Below are positions 21,680-32,144 of a stretch of DNA of 64,000 bases, piece by piece (the first letter of the stretch is position 1; every line of letters begins with the position of its first letter). Source of the DNA: Candidatus Bathyarchaeota archaeon (lineage in GTDB: Archaea > Thermoproteota > Bathyarchaeia > Bathyarchaeales > DTEX01); NCBI GenBank assembly GCA_963714275.1, contig CAVQNT010000006.1, forward strand, positions 160,001 to 224,000, in the 5' to 3' direction. The notes below the pieces were generated by a model, which did no database searches, had not been told where the DNA came from, and worked only from the letters and a program-made list of their open reading frames with translations. A program made the translations under genes and the position numbers.

Positions 21680-23851
21680 ATGAAGAACGTTCCACAGATA
21701 TTGTTGCACGCAAAACTTGATGAGCTGGGATGCCCTCCTCCAAGCGTAGATCATGCAAGTCACATAGCACACCTTACTTTAAAGGGGTACACTAAACTTG
21801 CAGCGGACCACATTCTTCACCCGGAAATGAAAGACCACCTAGTAGAAACAGTTGGCAATGTGGTTCGTCAACTCACCTTAGCGTTTAACCAAGCCCTCCT
21901 TGAAAAGGATTCGGAAAAAAGCATCATTTTATACTCAAGAATTTATGAAACCCTAGTAAATCTGGCGCTAAACCTTGTCGGCTTAGAAACAAAAATTGTG
22001 GGATTCTCCGACGCTGAAGCGAATGTCTCTCTTTCATTATTGAAAATAGCCTTGAATGACCTTGAGGCCCTTGAAAGAAATGGTGTCTTTAGCGGAGAAC
22101 AAAACGAGCCTTTGGTCGCAAAAGCCGTGGTCGATAGTGTCCTGACAGAAATGAAGACCGTGATGAAGGGCGTTTATAGACCGCCGGGGGCTATGGTTGC
22201 TCACGCTGCAGAGGAAATCGAGAAGAATTTGAGCAACGAAAACATCATGAATTCTTTCCTGCAACTGGCTAAGCAGCAGATTCAAGAGAACATCTACTAC
22301 AAGTGGAGTGCATCGGGGACGGGCAAGTTTGGCAACGACTACGCCTTGGGTCTCAGGTGGCTTCGCCATTTAGGCTTCGTTCAGGTCTCGACGAACCCGT
22401 CGTTAGCTGCAATAGCCTATGACGACGACACTGCGCAGTGGGAGGGCTACAGAGGAGAAGACCTGTGCCCCGATTTCAGAACCATCACCAAACAACACAC
22501 AGAACTATTCACAAACCCTGTGGCGCTTGAGGACGAAATAACCGCGTACGCAACCGAAGTCAGCATCTGGCGGAACCTCGCAGTTTTCAGACCGATCGCT
22601 ATTGCTTCAAAAATGTTTCACGGGATGATTAGCCTTCAGCTTAACCCGAACATCGCAGACAACTACGAAGAAAGCGTCAGATGCGCCCTAAAGTTTTACA
22701 GCGATGCGGAACAGTTTCTTAAGCAGTACGACTCTTACTTGCTTTGGGGCTACTCCGGGAATGTGGAGCGGAGCAGACCAAACATTGTGTTCAAGGTTGC
22801 AGGCAGCTCTCCGGCATCAATCGACGTTACGAGGAAACTTGAAAGCCTCGGCGTAGGCACAAACAACACCGTCACCTTCACGGTTTCCCAAGAGGTCGAA
22901 CTCATACTGGCCAAGATGGAAGGAAGGGCTGAAGCAGTCAAGAAAGGCGTCCCGTTGACGACAGTGTACGAGACGAACATGGGCGGAAGGCTCGACGACC
23001 ACGTGAGAGAGGTCCAGGTTGAAACACTCATAAATAAAGCGCTTGAAAAAGTTCACGAAAAGGAGAAGGCTCTGAAAAAGCTCGCTGAAGAGCTGGGAGC
23101 ATGGAACGAAGCAGCACAGAAAAAGAGTTTAGCTGAAAAAGTGGCAGTTGCCAGCAGTCGAAAGTACCTTCGTCCATTGAACAAAGAGCCTTTGGTCAGT
23201 TTCCTCGCAGACCACAATATGCCTTTCGGCTCTAAAGAACAGGTGAAAACTTACCTTGAAACCTTAGAAAGCGACATCAGTTACTGCGGGATCCTCGTCA
23301 CAAAGAGAGTTTACGAAATCTTCTTCAGCGCACAGAACAAGCAAAAGTGGATTGTGTTCCTGCAGCGGAAATATGGTTTAACAATGAAGCAGGCTGAGGA
23401 GGTCATAAAGGGAATCGACATTCTTCCAGCTTCCAAGAGGCATTCGAAGGAAACGTTGCTTACTTTGGCAAAGGAAAACATGACGCACACTGAGTTCCCG
23501 AACCATCAAACAGCGGTTGTGACGGCAAGCTCCGAACTGAGCTTTAAGGTCGGAGATTATTGCGAATCGGTTTTGAAGACAGTTGACCCAGAAATCCTTG
23601 AAAGGCTGATTGGAAATGCTTCTGACATCAAAAAAGTCGTGGAAGAAGCCTACGAAGTAACTGCACGTCAGTTAGAAATTCTTAAAGAAGTAAAAATATC
23701 GAATCCTAAAAAATATGGTTCCAAAGGGCTCTTGCCAATGCAGTGGGGAACCTTCGGGGCGACCGTGAAGACGATGGACGAGTTCTCAAACAGCTACGAA
23801 ACGTTCAAGGCAAAATGCGTCGAGTTCGTTAGAAAAATTTCTGAAGAATAA
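21680..23851 (+). CDS. Large transaldolase-family protein
   Basis: VSTNPS, ISLQLNP, PNIVFKVA (Schiff-base Lys), GTNNTVTFTVSQ; about 200 aa N-terminal extension. Confidence 0.75.
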   Translation: MKNVPQILLHAKLDELGCPPPSVDHASHIAHLTLKGYTKLAADHILHPEMKDHLVETVGNVVRQLTLAFNQALLEKDSEKSIILYSRIYETLVNLALNLVGLETKIVGFSDAEANVSLSLLKIALNDLEALERNGVFSGEQNEPLVAKAVVDSVLTEMKTVMKGVYRPPGAMVAHAAEEIEKNLSNENIMNSFLQLAKQQIQENIYYKWSASGTGKFGNDYALGLRWLRHLGFVQVSTNPSLAAIAYDDDTAQWEGYRGEDLCPDFRTITKQHTELFTNPVALEDEITAYATEVSIWRNLAVFRPIAIASKMFHGMISLQLNPNIADNYEESVRCALKFYSDAEQFLKQYDSYLLWGYSGNVERSRPNIVFKVAGSSPASIDVTRKLESLGVGTNNTVTFTVSQEVELILAKMEGRAEAVKKGVPLTTVYETNMGGRLDDHVREVQVETLINKALEKVHEKEKALKKLAEELGAWNEAAQKKSLAEKVAVASSRKYLRPLNKEPLVSFLADHNMPFGSKEQVKTYLETLESDISYCGILVTKRVYEIFFSAQNKQKWIVFLQRKYGLTMKQAEEVIKGIDILPASKRHSKETLLTLAKENMTHTEFPNHQTAVVTASSELSFKVGDYCESVLKTVDPEILERLIGNASDIKKVVEEAYEVTARQLEILKEVKISNPKKYGSKGLLPMQWGTFGATVKTMDEFSNSYETFKAKCVEFVRKISEE

Positions 23852-23859
23852 TGAGTTTA

Positions 23860-24870
23860 TTATCCGTCTTCATCTAGGCTTTTTGTGAGGTTCGCCTTCA
23901 GAATTTTGATTGCCCGTTTAACCGCAGACTCGAAATCGCCTATTCCGTTTATTCCTGCCGCGGTTGAGTGACCGCCTCCCATCCCGTGGAGGTACTCGCC
24001 TAAAGGCTTAGCTAAATAAGTGCCAACGTGGAAGCCCGTTTTTTTGTAGAATTCTTGGTCTGACCTGATGCTTATCTGCAGTTGGTCGTCTTTCTTTCCG
24101 CCAACCATCGCCAAATGAGCTCCTGTTTCGACCAGTGCCCTTGCAGCTGAGGCTTGGAATGATCTTACGTGCGAAAAGATGATTAGCCAATTGTTAACTT
24201 TCAAAATCCTCAATCTTCTGCTGGCTTTAAGCCGAGCAATGCGTTCAGAAAGGTCAATGGGAAGAGAAAGATGAGACAGAATTTCATGGGCATTCACGCC
24301 GGCATCCATCAAGTCAGCTACGGTCTTAAAAGTATGTGAGTTTGCCAGTATGAAATGCTTCGTATCAAAGGCTATTCCGAGGAAAAGCGCCTCTGCTTCT
24401 TCCTTCGAGGGCTCAATGCCGAGCTCTTTGAAAAACCCGTACACAATTTCGCACGTAGACGAGGAACCTTCATCCGAGATGCAAAGGGCACCGATCTTTT
24501 CAGTCTCTGGGTGGCTTGCGTGGTGGTCAATAACGACAACTGGCGAACGGGCTTTTTTCACTTTATCGCCCCATTCTCCAAGTTGTTTCACAGTGTTCGT
24601 GTCCAGCATCGCTATGATGTCCGCGTCTCCAAAGCGAGGTTCGCTGGTCAAAACTTTGATTGGTAAACAGGTGGTCAACGCTTTTGACAGTTTACTCATG
24701 CCTTCAGGGCAGGCAATGTCAACATTTACGTTTGGCTCCAATCGTTTCAGGAGTCTTAAAAAGGCGAATGCTGAGCAAAGGGCATCTGGGTCTGCGTTTT
24801 GGTGACATAGTAAAATGATGTACTTTGGTTTGACCTTGCTTATTAGTGACTTTATGTTTTTAACTGACAT
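23860..24870 (-). CDS. DHH/DHHA1 phosphoesterase
   Basis: HQNADPDA, IDHH, GGGHSTAAG. Confidence 0.92.
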   Translation of the reverse strand: MSVKNIKSLISKVKPKYIILLCHQNADPDALCSAFAFLRLLKRLEPNVNVDIACPEGMSKLSKALTTCLPIKVLTSEPRFGDADIIAMLDTNTVKQLGEWGDKVKKARSPVVVIDHHASHPETEKIGALCISDEGSSSTCEIVYGFFKELGIEPSKEEAEALFLGIAFDTKHFILANSHTFKTVADLMDAGVNAHEILSHLSLPIDLSERIARLKASRRLRILKVNNWLIIFSHVRSFQASAARALVETGAHLAMVGGKKDDQLQISIRSDQEFYKKTGFHVGTYLAKPLGEYLHGMGGGHSTAAGINGIGDFESAVKRAIKILKANLTKSLDEDG

Positions 24871-25163
24871 TTCGCTTCACTAATGTACTTGTCTATAGCC
24901 TTAAAGGCAGCCTTAACCGCTTCTTCAGCCAGTCTTTTTTCATCTGTGGGCTTCTTCATGCGAGAAAGAGTTAAATCAACATCGACCTCGACATTTAGTC
25001 TTTCGGATTCTTCTAAATTTACTGAAACCGTCAGGTCAGAGATTTCTTGGTTAGAAACCTTCGATGTTATGTATTTTCTAGCAGCATCATCAGCTATCGT
25101 GCACAATTCTTCATACAAATCGTCAGAGGGAAAGGACCTGCGTGGTTCATCCAAAACTTTCAC
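24852..25163 (-). CDS. DUF3194-like small archaeal protein
   Basis: Size, acidic composition and position between pfdB and the DHH gene. Confidence 0.65.
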   Translation of the reverse strand: MKVLDEPRRSFPSDDLYEELCTIADDAARKYITSKVSNQEISDLTVSVNLEESERLNVEVDVDLTLSRMKKPTDEKRLAEEAVKAAFKAIDKYISEAKCQLKT

Positions 25164-25165
25164 CG

Positions 25166-25534
25166 TTAGGTGGAAGAGAATGGACGTAAATCTTTCTGGA
25201 GTTTTTCGTTTAGGTCTTTAATCTGGGTTCGCAGCCGTTCTTCCTGTTTGCCTAGAACAGAAATCCTCATGTTCGAAAGTTCTTTCTTTTCCTTAAGTTC
25301 ATCAGTAACCTTCGGCTTCTCTGATTTGATCAGAAGTGAGCCAACTGACTTGTAGATTACGCCATTGTCAGCTGTTTTTTCGAGCTCACCTAACGCTTGG
25401 TCAACCTCTAGGAGTTCAAGTTCGACCTGCTGCTTCTGGGTCAAGACACTTTGAAGCGTCTGCTGCAACTGCTGTAACCTCATTAATCGTTCTTGAACAG
25501 CTGGAGGAAGTGTGACGCCTTCACTCATAATCAT
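25166..25534 (-). CDS. pfdB: Prefoldin beta subunit
   Basis: LPPAVQ...QQLQQTLQ...IYKSVGSLLIK coiled-coil hairpin. Confidence 0.95.
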   Translation of the reverse strand: MIMSEGVTLPPAVQERLMRLQQLQQTLQSVLTQKQQVELELLEVDQALGELEKTADNGVIYKSVGSLLIKSEKPKVTDELKEKKELSNMRISVLGKQEERLRTQIKDLNEKLQKDLRPFSST

Positions 25535-25713
25535 CCAACACCGTTATGTCCATTGTTTCGGTTGTTCACCATTAGTATGCATGGCTTTAATTAAAACGTT
25601 TCCCAGCACAGGGCGGAAGGTAAACATTGCCTTAAAATTCCGAAGATGAATCAGAGGCTTTGGGTGAGCTCCTCGACCTTCTGAATTATTGCATCAGCTG
25701 AATCCTGCAAAGT

Positions 25714-25989
25714 TTACATTTCAACATATGCTATGCCATAGTAGGTCATGAGTTTCAATGCTTCTTCAGAAAATACTGATATGTCGACCAAGCCTATAAC
25801 TTGACATTTTCGGTCTTTAATGGGTACCTTTGTAGTGGAGACCCAGCGAAACTGACCATCTGTCCTCTCGGATTTTTCAACCTTACCAACCAATTGTTGA
25901 CCTTTTTTGATGATTTCTTGTTCATTGTTAAAAGCATCTCTGGCATGTTCTAGCGCAAGCTCAGCTAACTCAACACCCAAATGCGACAT
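25714..25989 (-). pseudogene. PAS/PAC domain fragment
   Basis: EQEIIKKG...DGQFRWVSTTKVPIKD...VIGLVDIS is the PAC half; the N-terminal PAS part and any output domain are absent. Confidence 0.55.
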
Positions 25990-26088
25990 TGATAACCAAG
26001 CTTATCAAAAGAAAGAACACTTTAGTTGGATAGAAGTAAGATTTAAGAAAGGCGGCACGAAATTCAAACGGAAAGCGAGAGAGCTTAA

Positions 26089-27882
26089 ATGAAGCAACTG
26101 ATCCACAACGGCATCCTAGTCCCGCATTATGAGTGGAAAAAAATTCGTATCAAGATTAAAGGTTCAGAGGTGGAGTTGGATCCACAACAGGAAGAGATGG
26201 CTGTCGCGTGGGTCAGAAAACTTGGAACCGACTACGTCAATGATAAAGTCTTTGTTAAAAACTTCTTCAACGACTTCTGTAAAGCGTTGGGTTTAAAAGA
26301 AACACTTGACCCAGGAGTATTTGACTTCTCAACCATCATAGACTATGTTGAAAGTGAAAAAGCCAAGAATCTCAGCCTTTCAAAAACGGAAAAGAAGCAG
26401 CTAACGGAAGAACGAAAAAAACAGAGAGAAGCCTTCAGGGAAAAATATGGGTACGCCACCGTTGATGGCGTCAGAACCGAGATTAGTAACTACACTGCTG
26501 AGCCATCAAGCATCTTCATGGGCAGAGGTAAACATCCTTTGCGTGGCAGCTGGAAACAGGGACCCCGAGAGCAAGACATTGAACTTAACCTTTCTTCTGA
26601 CGCTCCGCAACTTTCGAGTAATTGGAAACGTATTTGGCAACCTGAAGTCATGTGGGTTGCTAGATGGATGGACGTGCTGTCACAAAGAATAAAGTATGTT
26701 TGGCTTGCTGAAAACAGTACGCTTAAACAGGCGAAAGAGATAGGGAAGTTCGAGAAGGCGAAGGAGCTTCAAAGAAACATCGAACGCATAAAGAACCGCA
26801 TAGCGGAAAACTTGAACTCAACGGATCTTAAACGGAGAAAAACAGCCACAGTCTGTTTCTTGATTGACAAGCTTAAAATCAGGGTAGGCGACGAGAAAGA
26901 CCCTGACGAAGCAGACACGGTTGGAGCCTCAACCCTCAGACCTGAACACATCTACTTTAACGATGACGGGAAAGTGACCTTCAATTTCCTCGGCAAGGAT
27001 TCTGTTCCCCACGTTTTCATGGAGGAACTTCCAGAAAACGTCGTGAGAAACCTTAAAGAATTTTCTTCGAACACAAAATCCACACTTTTTAACGGCGTTG
27101 ATTCAAGCCGCGTGAGCGAGTTTCTCGGCGAGGTTGTTCACGGTCTTTCAGCGAAGGTTTTCCGAACATATTATGCTTCACATGCTGTTGAAGGTATGCT
27201 TGAAGATGCACCTGTCAAAGTCGAAAATCCAGATTATGCCAAAAGGTACACAGCAACAATGGCAAACCTTGAGGCTGCAAAAACCTGCAATCACAAGCGC
27301 ACCATTCCTAAGACGTGGGAATCCTCATTACAGAAGCAAGAAGAACGACACAAGAGTATTGTTGACAAGTCCAAGATTTCTCAAGCGAAGTTTCAGCAAC
27401 AAGTAAAGGACCTTGAACAAAAGATTGAAAACCTCTTAAAAAAGGAAGAGGAACGACTAAACACTTTACAGCAAAACCAAAGACTACTTCAGAATCAATT
27501 GAACACAGAAGCAGCACAAAGCAAGATAAACTCAAATCTAACTAAACGAATTGCCAAACAAAAGAAGGCTGTTACTGAACAAAGGGCACGCATTAAAAGA
27601 ATTAGAGAAAGGCATGTTGAACAGGTCAAGAAGAGAAAGGAAAGAGATGATGAAAGACAAAAACGTGAGAAAGATGCGATTGAGAAGTCGAATCTTCAAA
27701 TCGACGCTAAAAGGCAGACTCGAAATTTCAACCTCGGCACTTCTCTCAAGAGCTACATTGACCCGCGCATCTACTACGACTGGGGCAAAAAAGTAGACTA
27801 CGACTGGAAACTCTATTACCCGAAGGCGCTCCAAAAAAAGTTCTCATGGGTCGAAACAGATTCTGCGAAAAAACCTGATTGA
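26089..27882 (+). CDS. top1: DNA topoisomerase IB (eukaryote-like)
   Basis: GRGKHPLRG, IRVGDEKD, FLGKDS, AKVFRTY, CNH, long coiled-coil linker, SKSYIDPR-type catalytic Tyr (LKSYIDPR). Confidence 0.95.
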   Translation: MKQLIHNGILVPHYEWKKIRIKIKGSEVELDPQQEEMAVAWVRKLGTDYVNDKVFVKNFFNDFCKALGLKETLDPGVFDFSTIIDYVESEKAKNLSLSKTEKKQLTEERKKQREAFREKYGYATVDGVRTEISNYTAEPSSIFMGRGKHPLRGSWKQGPREQDIELNLSSDAPQLSSNWKRIWQPEVMWVARWMDVLSQRIKYVWLAENSTLKQAKEIGKFEKAKELQRNIERIKNRIAENLNSTDLKRRKTATVCFLIDKLKIRVGDEKDPDEADTVGASTLRPEHIYFNDDGKVTFNFLGKDSVPHVFMEELPENVVRNLKEFSSNTKSTLFNGVDSSRVSEFLGEVVHGLSAKVFRTYYASHAVEGMLEDAPVKVENPDYAKRYTATMANLEAAKTCNHKRTIPKTWESSLQKQEERHKSIVDKSKISQAKFQQQVKDLEQKIENLLKKEEERLNTLQQNQRLLQNQLNTEAAQSKINSNLTKRIAKQKKAVTEQRARIKRIRERHVEQVKKRKERDDERQKREKDAIEKSNLQIDAKRQTRNFNLGTSLKSYIDPRIYYDWGKKVDYDWKLYYPKALQKKFSWVETDSAKKPD

Positions 27883-27887
27883 CTAAG

Positions 27888-29252
27888 CTAATGACCGTAA
27901 AAAGAATCGTAGGGCACGGATAAATCTACGTTTTGCGAAGTCTCAGATTTCTCTAAGCCATACCTTTCGAAAGGTTTTGTCAAATGTCTCTGCGAACGTG
28001 GAGACGAGATGAACAAGCCATGCTTTATGGGTCTTTCAGTTTCGAAAAGGGTCTTTTTAAGGTGTGAACCGTGAAATCCACATTTTGGGCATTCGAAGCC
28101 CTGTCCCTTGCCCATTGACTTCATTCTTTTTCCACAATTTGGACAAAGCGGGTTCATCACTTCCAGAAAAGGCGCAAGCTTGATAATTCGCAACTTTTCA
28201 ATATTGATAGTCACAGGATTCTTGGACGACTTTGGACGGATTCCGCCATAAAGTTCCACGAGGTCTCCCCGAATCAGCTTCATGGCTGCATTGCGGAGGA
28301 CGCCTGTCGGTTCATAAGCTGCGCAATCTACACTTCCAGTATTGTCTTTGATTCGAAAAATAACGTGACCGCCTTGAAGGATGCGGGGCTGTGTTGCTAC
28401 TTCGCCTTGGATTACCACGGGATTGTAGGGTCTAACGTCACTGATCGAGATGGCTCTTTTAAGATGTGCATCAGTTCCCTGGTTAGTTTTAAAGATGACC
28501 CACCGTTCAACAGGTTCGTAGCTAACCACAATTTCATGTCCACGTTTAACAGCCTCAGGCGTCTCTCCCCTTATGCCATAAAGGATAGGGTCAGGGCCTC
28601 TCGGAGTTATCAGAATTCGTCCAGTTTCAGGATCGACATTGTTGAATACTGAACATCCCAGCTGTTCATTTAAGAGTATGACGGATGATTCGTCAAATTT
28701 TCTCGGCGTTCCCCTGTTTTCTTTTATGCGATAGGATATGCACTCGAATGTGTGGTCTCCTCTAAGTCGGGCGCCTATAGCTGCCAGTCCACCGATTAGA
28801 CCTCTTCCCTTTTTGTATCCGCTTGCCTCAGCGTTAAATTTTTTGATGAGCCTTAAAGCTTCGTTCTTTGTAACGATGCCTGTTATTGTTTGTTCAGCGA
28901 AATTTTCGACATCTTTGGGCACCTCGCCTTCAAAGAACACGACTCCAGGATCAGTTCCTCGATCGCTAAGGTCGGATTCTTTCTCAACAGTATCAATGGC
29001 GAGCTCTTTGACTTTGTCGCGAAGTTGGTTGCCGCACAAAATTCTTAGGCAAAGGGCGCCGTTGCCTCTGGTTTTCCACGGTACATTCGGATTCAACCTT
29101 ACAAGAGACGGATAATCGGTGAAGGAGATTCCCAGTTTCATCAGCTTTTCGATGATGAGGGCTGCTACGTAAGTTGTGCATCCTCCTTTGCGGGAGTCGG
29201 TGTCGTCGAAGCCGACGTGCATTTTGAGTTTCGTCATAATCTCAGTTCGCAT
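27888..29252 (-). CDS. tiaS: tRNA(Ile2) 2-agmatinylcytidine synthetase
   Basis: GFDDTDS..GGCTT, RLNPNVPWKTRGNG, PILYGIRG, TNQGTD, CPNCG..CPKC, RHLTKP. Confidence 0.97.
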   Translation of the reverse strand: MRTEIMTKLKMHVGFDDTDSRKGGCTTYVAALIIEKLMKLGISFTDYPSLVRLNPNVPWKTRGNGALCLRILCGNQLRDKVKELAIDTVEKESDLSDRGTDPGVVFFEGEVPKDVENFAEQTITGIVTKNEALRLIKKFNAEASGYKKGRGLIGGLAAIGARLRGDHTFECISYRIKENRGTPRKFDESSVILLNEQLGCSVFNNVDPETGRILITPRGPDPILYGIRGETPEAVKRGHEIVVSYEPVERWVIFKTNQGTDAHLKRAISISDVRPYNPVVIQGEVATQPRILQGGHVIFRIKDNTGSVDCAAYEPTGVLRNAAMKLIRGDLVELYGGIRPKSSKNPVTINIEKLRIIKLAPFLEVMNPLCPNCGKRMKSMGKGQGFECPKCGFHGSHLKKTLFETERPIKHGLFISSPRSQRHLTKPFERYGLEKSETSQNVDLSVPYDSFYGH

Positions 29253-29387
29253 ACTTTCGCTGTTGCCTGTTTTACCGTAGAAGACTTACGGATGATAATA
29301 TTTATAACTAGTACGTTAACTTAGTAGTATTATAAATACTAGTGGTTCATTTATTAGTTATTACACAAAAACAACCCCAATACATGG

Positions 29388-30572
29388 GTGATTATCAAAA
29401 TGACATCTAAAAATGAAACAGAAAGCAATAGGCTTCAATACTTAGAGGAATTGAGTCCACAAACGAGACAAACGTACAAGACATCACTAAGAGTTTTCTT
29501 TAAACACATTTATGGTGAAGGAGTACTCGAGGACTTAGTACAAAAGTACTTCAGTGAGCAAAGGGATTATGGCAATGACTTAGGTTCATTTTTGGCAAGT
29601 GTGAATGGAAGACCACCAAAATCAGTTAACCTCTACTTGAGTACAGTGAAGACATTCTTCGTTGAAAATGACATTGAGTTACCAGAGAAATATTGGCGTA
29701 GAGTACGTGGAAGGGTTAAAGGAAATAAAGCCAGAACTAAACTTGGAATCCCAACAAATGAACAACTGAAAAAGATTGTCACTTATCTGAACATTGAAGG
29801 TAAGGCACTATTCCTAACTTTAGCGTCCAGTGGAATGAGAATTGGGGAGTGCCTAAAATTGCAACTCAGTGACATTCACCTTGATGAGAGTCCAGTACGT
29901 ATTGAATTGCGGGGGGAGACAACAAAGTCTGGTGATGGACGTACAACATTCATTTCAACTGAGGCAAAGGAACTCATGGTTGAATACCTTAAACATAGGG
30001 ACAGATTGCTAGCAACATCAATCAAACGTAGTGCAAGTGAGAAGTCAGCAGATGACCAAAGTTATTCCCAATGGATGATGGTGAAGCACGTTTTCTTTGG
30101 GGTTCAGCACTTGAGAAATCGGGCTTTAATGAGAAGGATGTGACCACAGGCTATTATGTGTTCCACACACATGTCTTGAGGAAATTCTTTAGGACAAGGA
30201 TGGGTAATGTTATCCCTGTTGATATTGTTGAAGAATTGTTGGGTCATGAAGGATACTTGACAAATGAGTACAGACACCACATCACTGAGGAGCTAGCAAG
30301 TTCTATGAGCAAGGAGAGATTGCCTTAATGGTCTTGGAGCTGCCGTTGAGCAAATACAAACAGAAGTGGACATCAAAGTGAACTAAAAAATTGAGGGTGT
30401 ACTAGACCTTCTAGAACAACAGTTAGAGAATGCTGAGTTAAGGAAACGGATTACCAGACTTGAAGAGGCAGTTGAACAGAACTTCTATAAAGCTGTTGAA
30501 TACGAGGAAGGTAAACGGATGAATATAATGGAAAATGGAATGGAAGCCACACATGAAGCAAGGAGGGAATGA
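29388..30572 (+). CDS. Tyrosine recombinase/integrase 1 with C-terminal coiled coil; indels
   Basis: SSGMRIGE, TTKSG, HVLRKFF, LLGH, EGYLTNEYR; coiled-coil tail continues in other frames to about 30572. Confidence 0.9.
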
Positions 30573-30573
30573 G

Positions 30574-31191
30574 ATGGTATGGGACAGTAGTTTAGGACAT
30601 AGAAGCGTAGTCAATGAGGTAACACGATTCTGTGGTTTCAATGAACTGGAAAACCTTTTAGTCTCAATTGAAAGTGATGTGAAACCATCATACATTAAGC
30701 CAACGAAACTGTTGGTATTGTGCTTATTCAAATCTGGCGGAAGAATCAATGAAGTATTGAGCCTAAATGCTAGGCAATTTGAAACAACAAATGATTTCCT
30801 ATTCATTCATAATATGCCTGTCCTTAAGAAGAGGTCAACAAGACAAATAGATGTCTTTCGTGATGTACCCATACTAATGACAGAGGAGTTAACGGATAAA
30901 TTACTAAGTCTTTTACCTAGTGATGGAAGGTTATTTGACTTTCAGTACAACAAAGCCTATAAACTGATTGCAAGTTTGGAAGTTCCACCAGATGAGACAC
31001 ATGGTGATGGTTTCCACATAGGTTTAGAGGCTGAGAGAGCAAGACAGTTGATAAGAGACCATGGATTTGATGCACTTCTATTAAAACAGTTCTTTAACAT
31101 GAGCCGAATCGACACACTCCTGACTTACGCCAACCCAACCTTTGAGGCTGTCAAAACAAAGATGTTAAGACAGACTAGTACAAAAATATAG
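30574..31191 (+). CDS. Tyrosine recombinase 2, catalytic domain only
   Basis: KSGGRINEVLSL, PVLKKR, LLTYA; an HxxR motif (WFPHRFR) reads in an alternate frame at about 31008-31028. Confidence 0.75.
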   Translation: MVWDSSLGHRSVVNEVTRFCGFNELENLLVSIESDVKPSYIKPTKLLVLCLFKSGGRINEVLSLNARQFETTNDFLFIHNMPVLKKRSTRQIDVFRDVPILMTEELTDKLLSLLPSDGRLFDFQYNKAYKLIASLEVPPDETHGDGFHIGLEAERARQLIRDHGFDALLLKQFFNMSRIDTLLTYANPTFEAVKTKMLRQTSTKI

Positions 31192-31507
31192 ATAGATATT
31201 CATTGTAACTTAATTTTCTTTTCTTCCCTAGTGTTATCAAGCCCTTTTGATAGACATGGTTTTTGAATGTCTTTCGCCACCTATTTCCCGTATCATAGAT
31301 TAACTTGGCAAACTCATCTCCCTCATATACATGGTCAGTTGTACTATCTTGATGAAAGAAGACGGCTCTAACACAATAATAACAGAGACCAGAAAAGAAT
31401 TCTTCCCAACCCATATCAAGGCTTAGTGCCATCATTTTAAGCCTTAAATATTTTGACAATGGTAGTCTCATGCTAATCTGTTTGAACCTTTTTACCTCTT
31501 CAATCAT
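31175..31507 (-). CDS. Ribbon-helix-helix-like DNA-binding protein
   Basis: KQISMRLPLSKYLRLKMMA...WEEFF strand-helix-helix pattern. Confidence 0.5.
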   Translation of the reverse strand: MIEEVKRFKQISMRLPLSKYLRLKMMALSLDMGWEEFFSGLCYYCVRAVFFHQDSTTDHVYEGDEFAKLIYDTGNRWRKTFKNHVYQKGLITLGKKRKLSYNEYLSIFLY

Positions 31508-31579
31508 ATTATGCCACCTAACAAGGTCAACATGTTAAATGACATATCATGCTTAAATAGATTGGATAAAAACACTAAG

Positions 31580-31852
31580 TCACTCTTTCACAATCTCGAA
31601 AAAACCTGCTTTTAAGAATAATTCAAAGATTTTACTAATGACTTCATCGTCAGAAATAGTTCGTGGCTCCTCACTATGCGTCCATGCATATTCTTCTGGT
31701 GTTAATTTTTGGCGTAATACTTCATCTCGTTCTTCTTCAGTCATAAGAATGTATAATCGTGTCTTTCGGTATACAGTTTCTTTCTTTGGCATGTTGATTA
31801 CCTCTAATTCATCGCTTGCGCTAACTAACCAGCTAACAATGTCTAGATGCAT
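31580..31852 (-). CDS. Small hypothetical protein (probable start MPKKE), RHH-like
   Basis: GAGGT SD before ATGCCA; KTRLYILMTEEERDEV. Confidence 0.45.
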   Translation of the reverse strand: MHLDIVSWLVSASDELEVINMPKKETVYRKTRLYILMTEEERDEVLRQKLTPEEYAWTHSEEPRTISDDEVISKIFELFLKAGFFEIVKE

Positions 31853-31864
31853 AAAACAATGCAG

Positions 31865-31890
31865 GAAACTAAGTTAAGAAACTAAGTTAT
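31865..31890. repeat. 13-bp tandem direct repeat GAAACTAAGTTA(A/T), operator/iteron-like
   Basis: gaaactaagttaa gaaactaagttat upstream of the RHH-like genes. Confidence 0.6.
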
Positions 31891-32144
31891 GAATTTTAAT
31901 AGTTCTTGAAAAAGAGACCATGTGGCGTCACAATGCTAATGATTCATTAATAAGATAGGTAAACCATAAAATGTAAAAATAAAGTACCAATCTATTTCTT
32001 ATTGGTTGATGTGTGAGAAGAATGGAAAAGAGGATGTTTTAGGTGTTTTTTGTCAAGACACAACCACTCTTATCACATTGCTTTTCTCCATCAACCATAA
32101 TTCCAAAAAGGCGGGAGTGAAGGATAATAATCCAATCACATCAT

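Noticed and set aside
29298-29342. Palindromic AT-rich stretch between tiaS and the integrase as attL
   Set aside because: Explained by back-to-back TATA boxes; no matching copy was found at the other end by eye.
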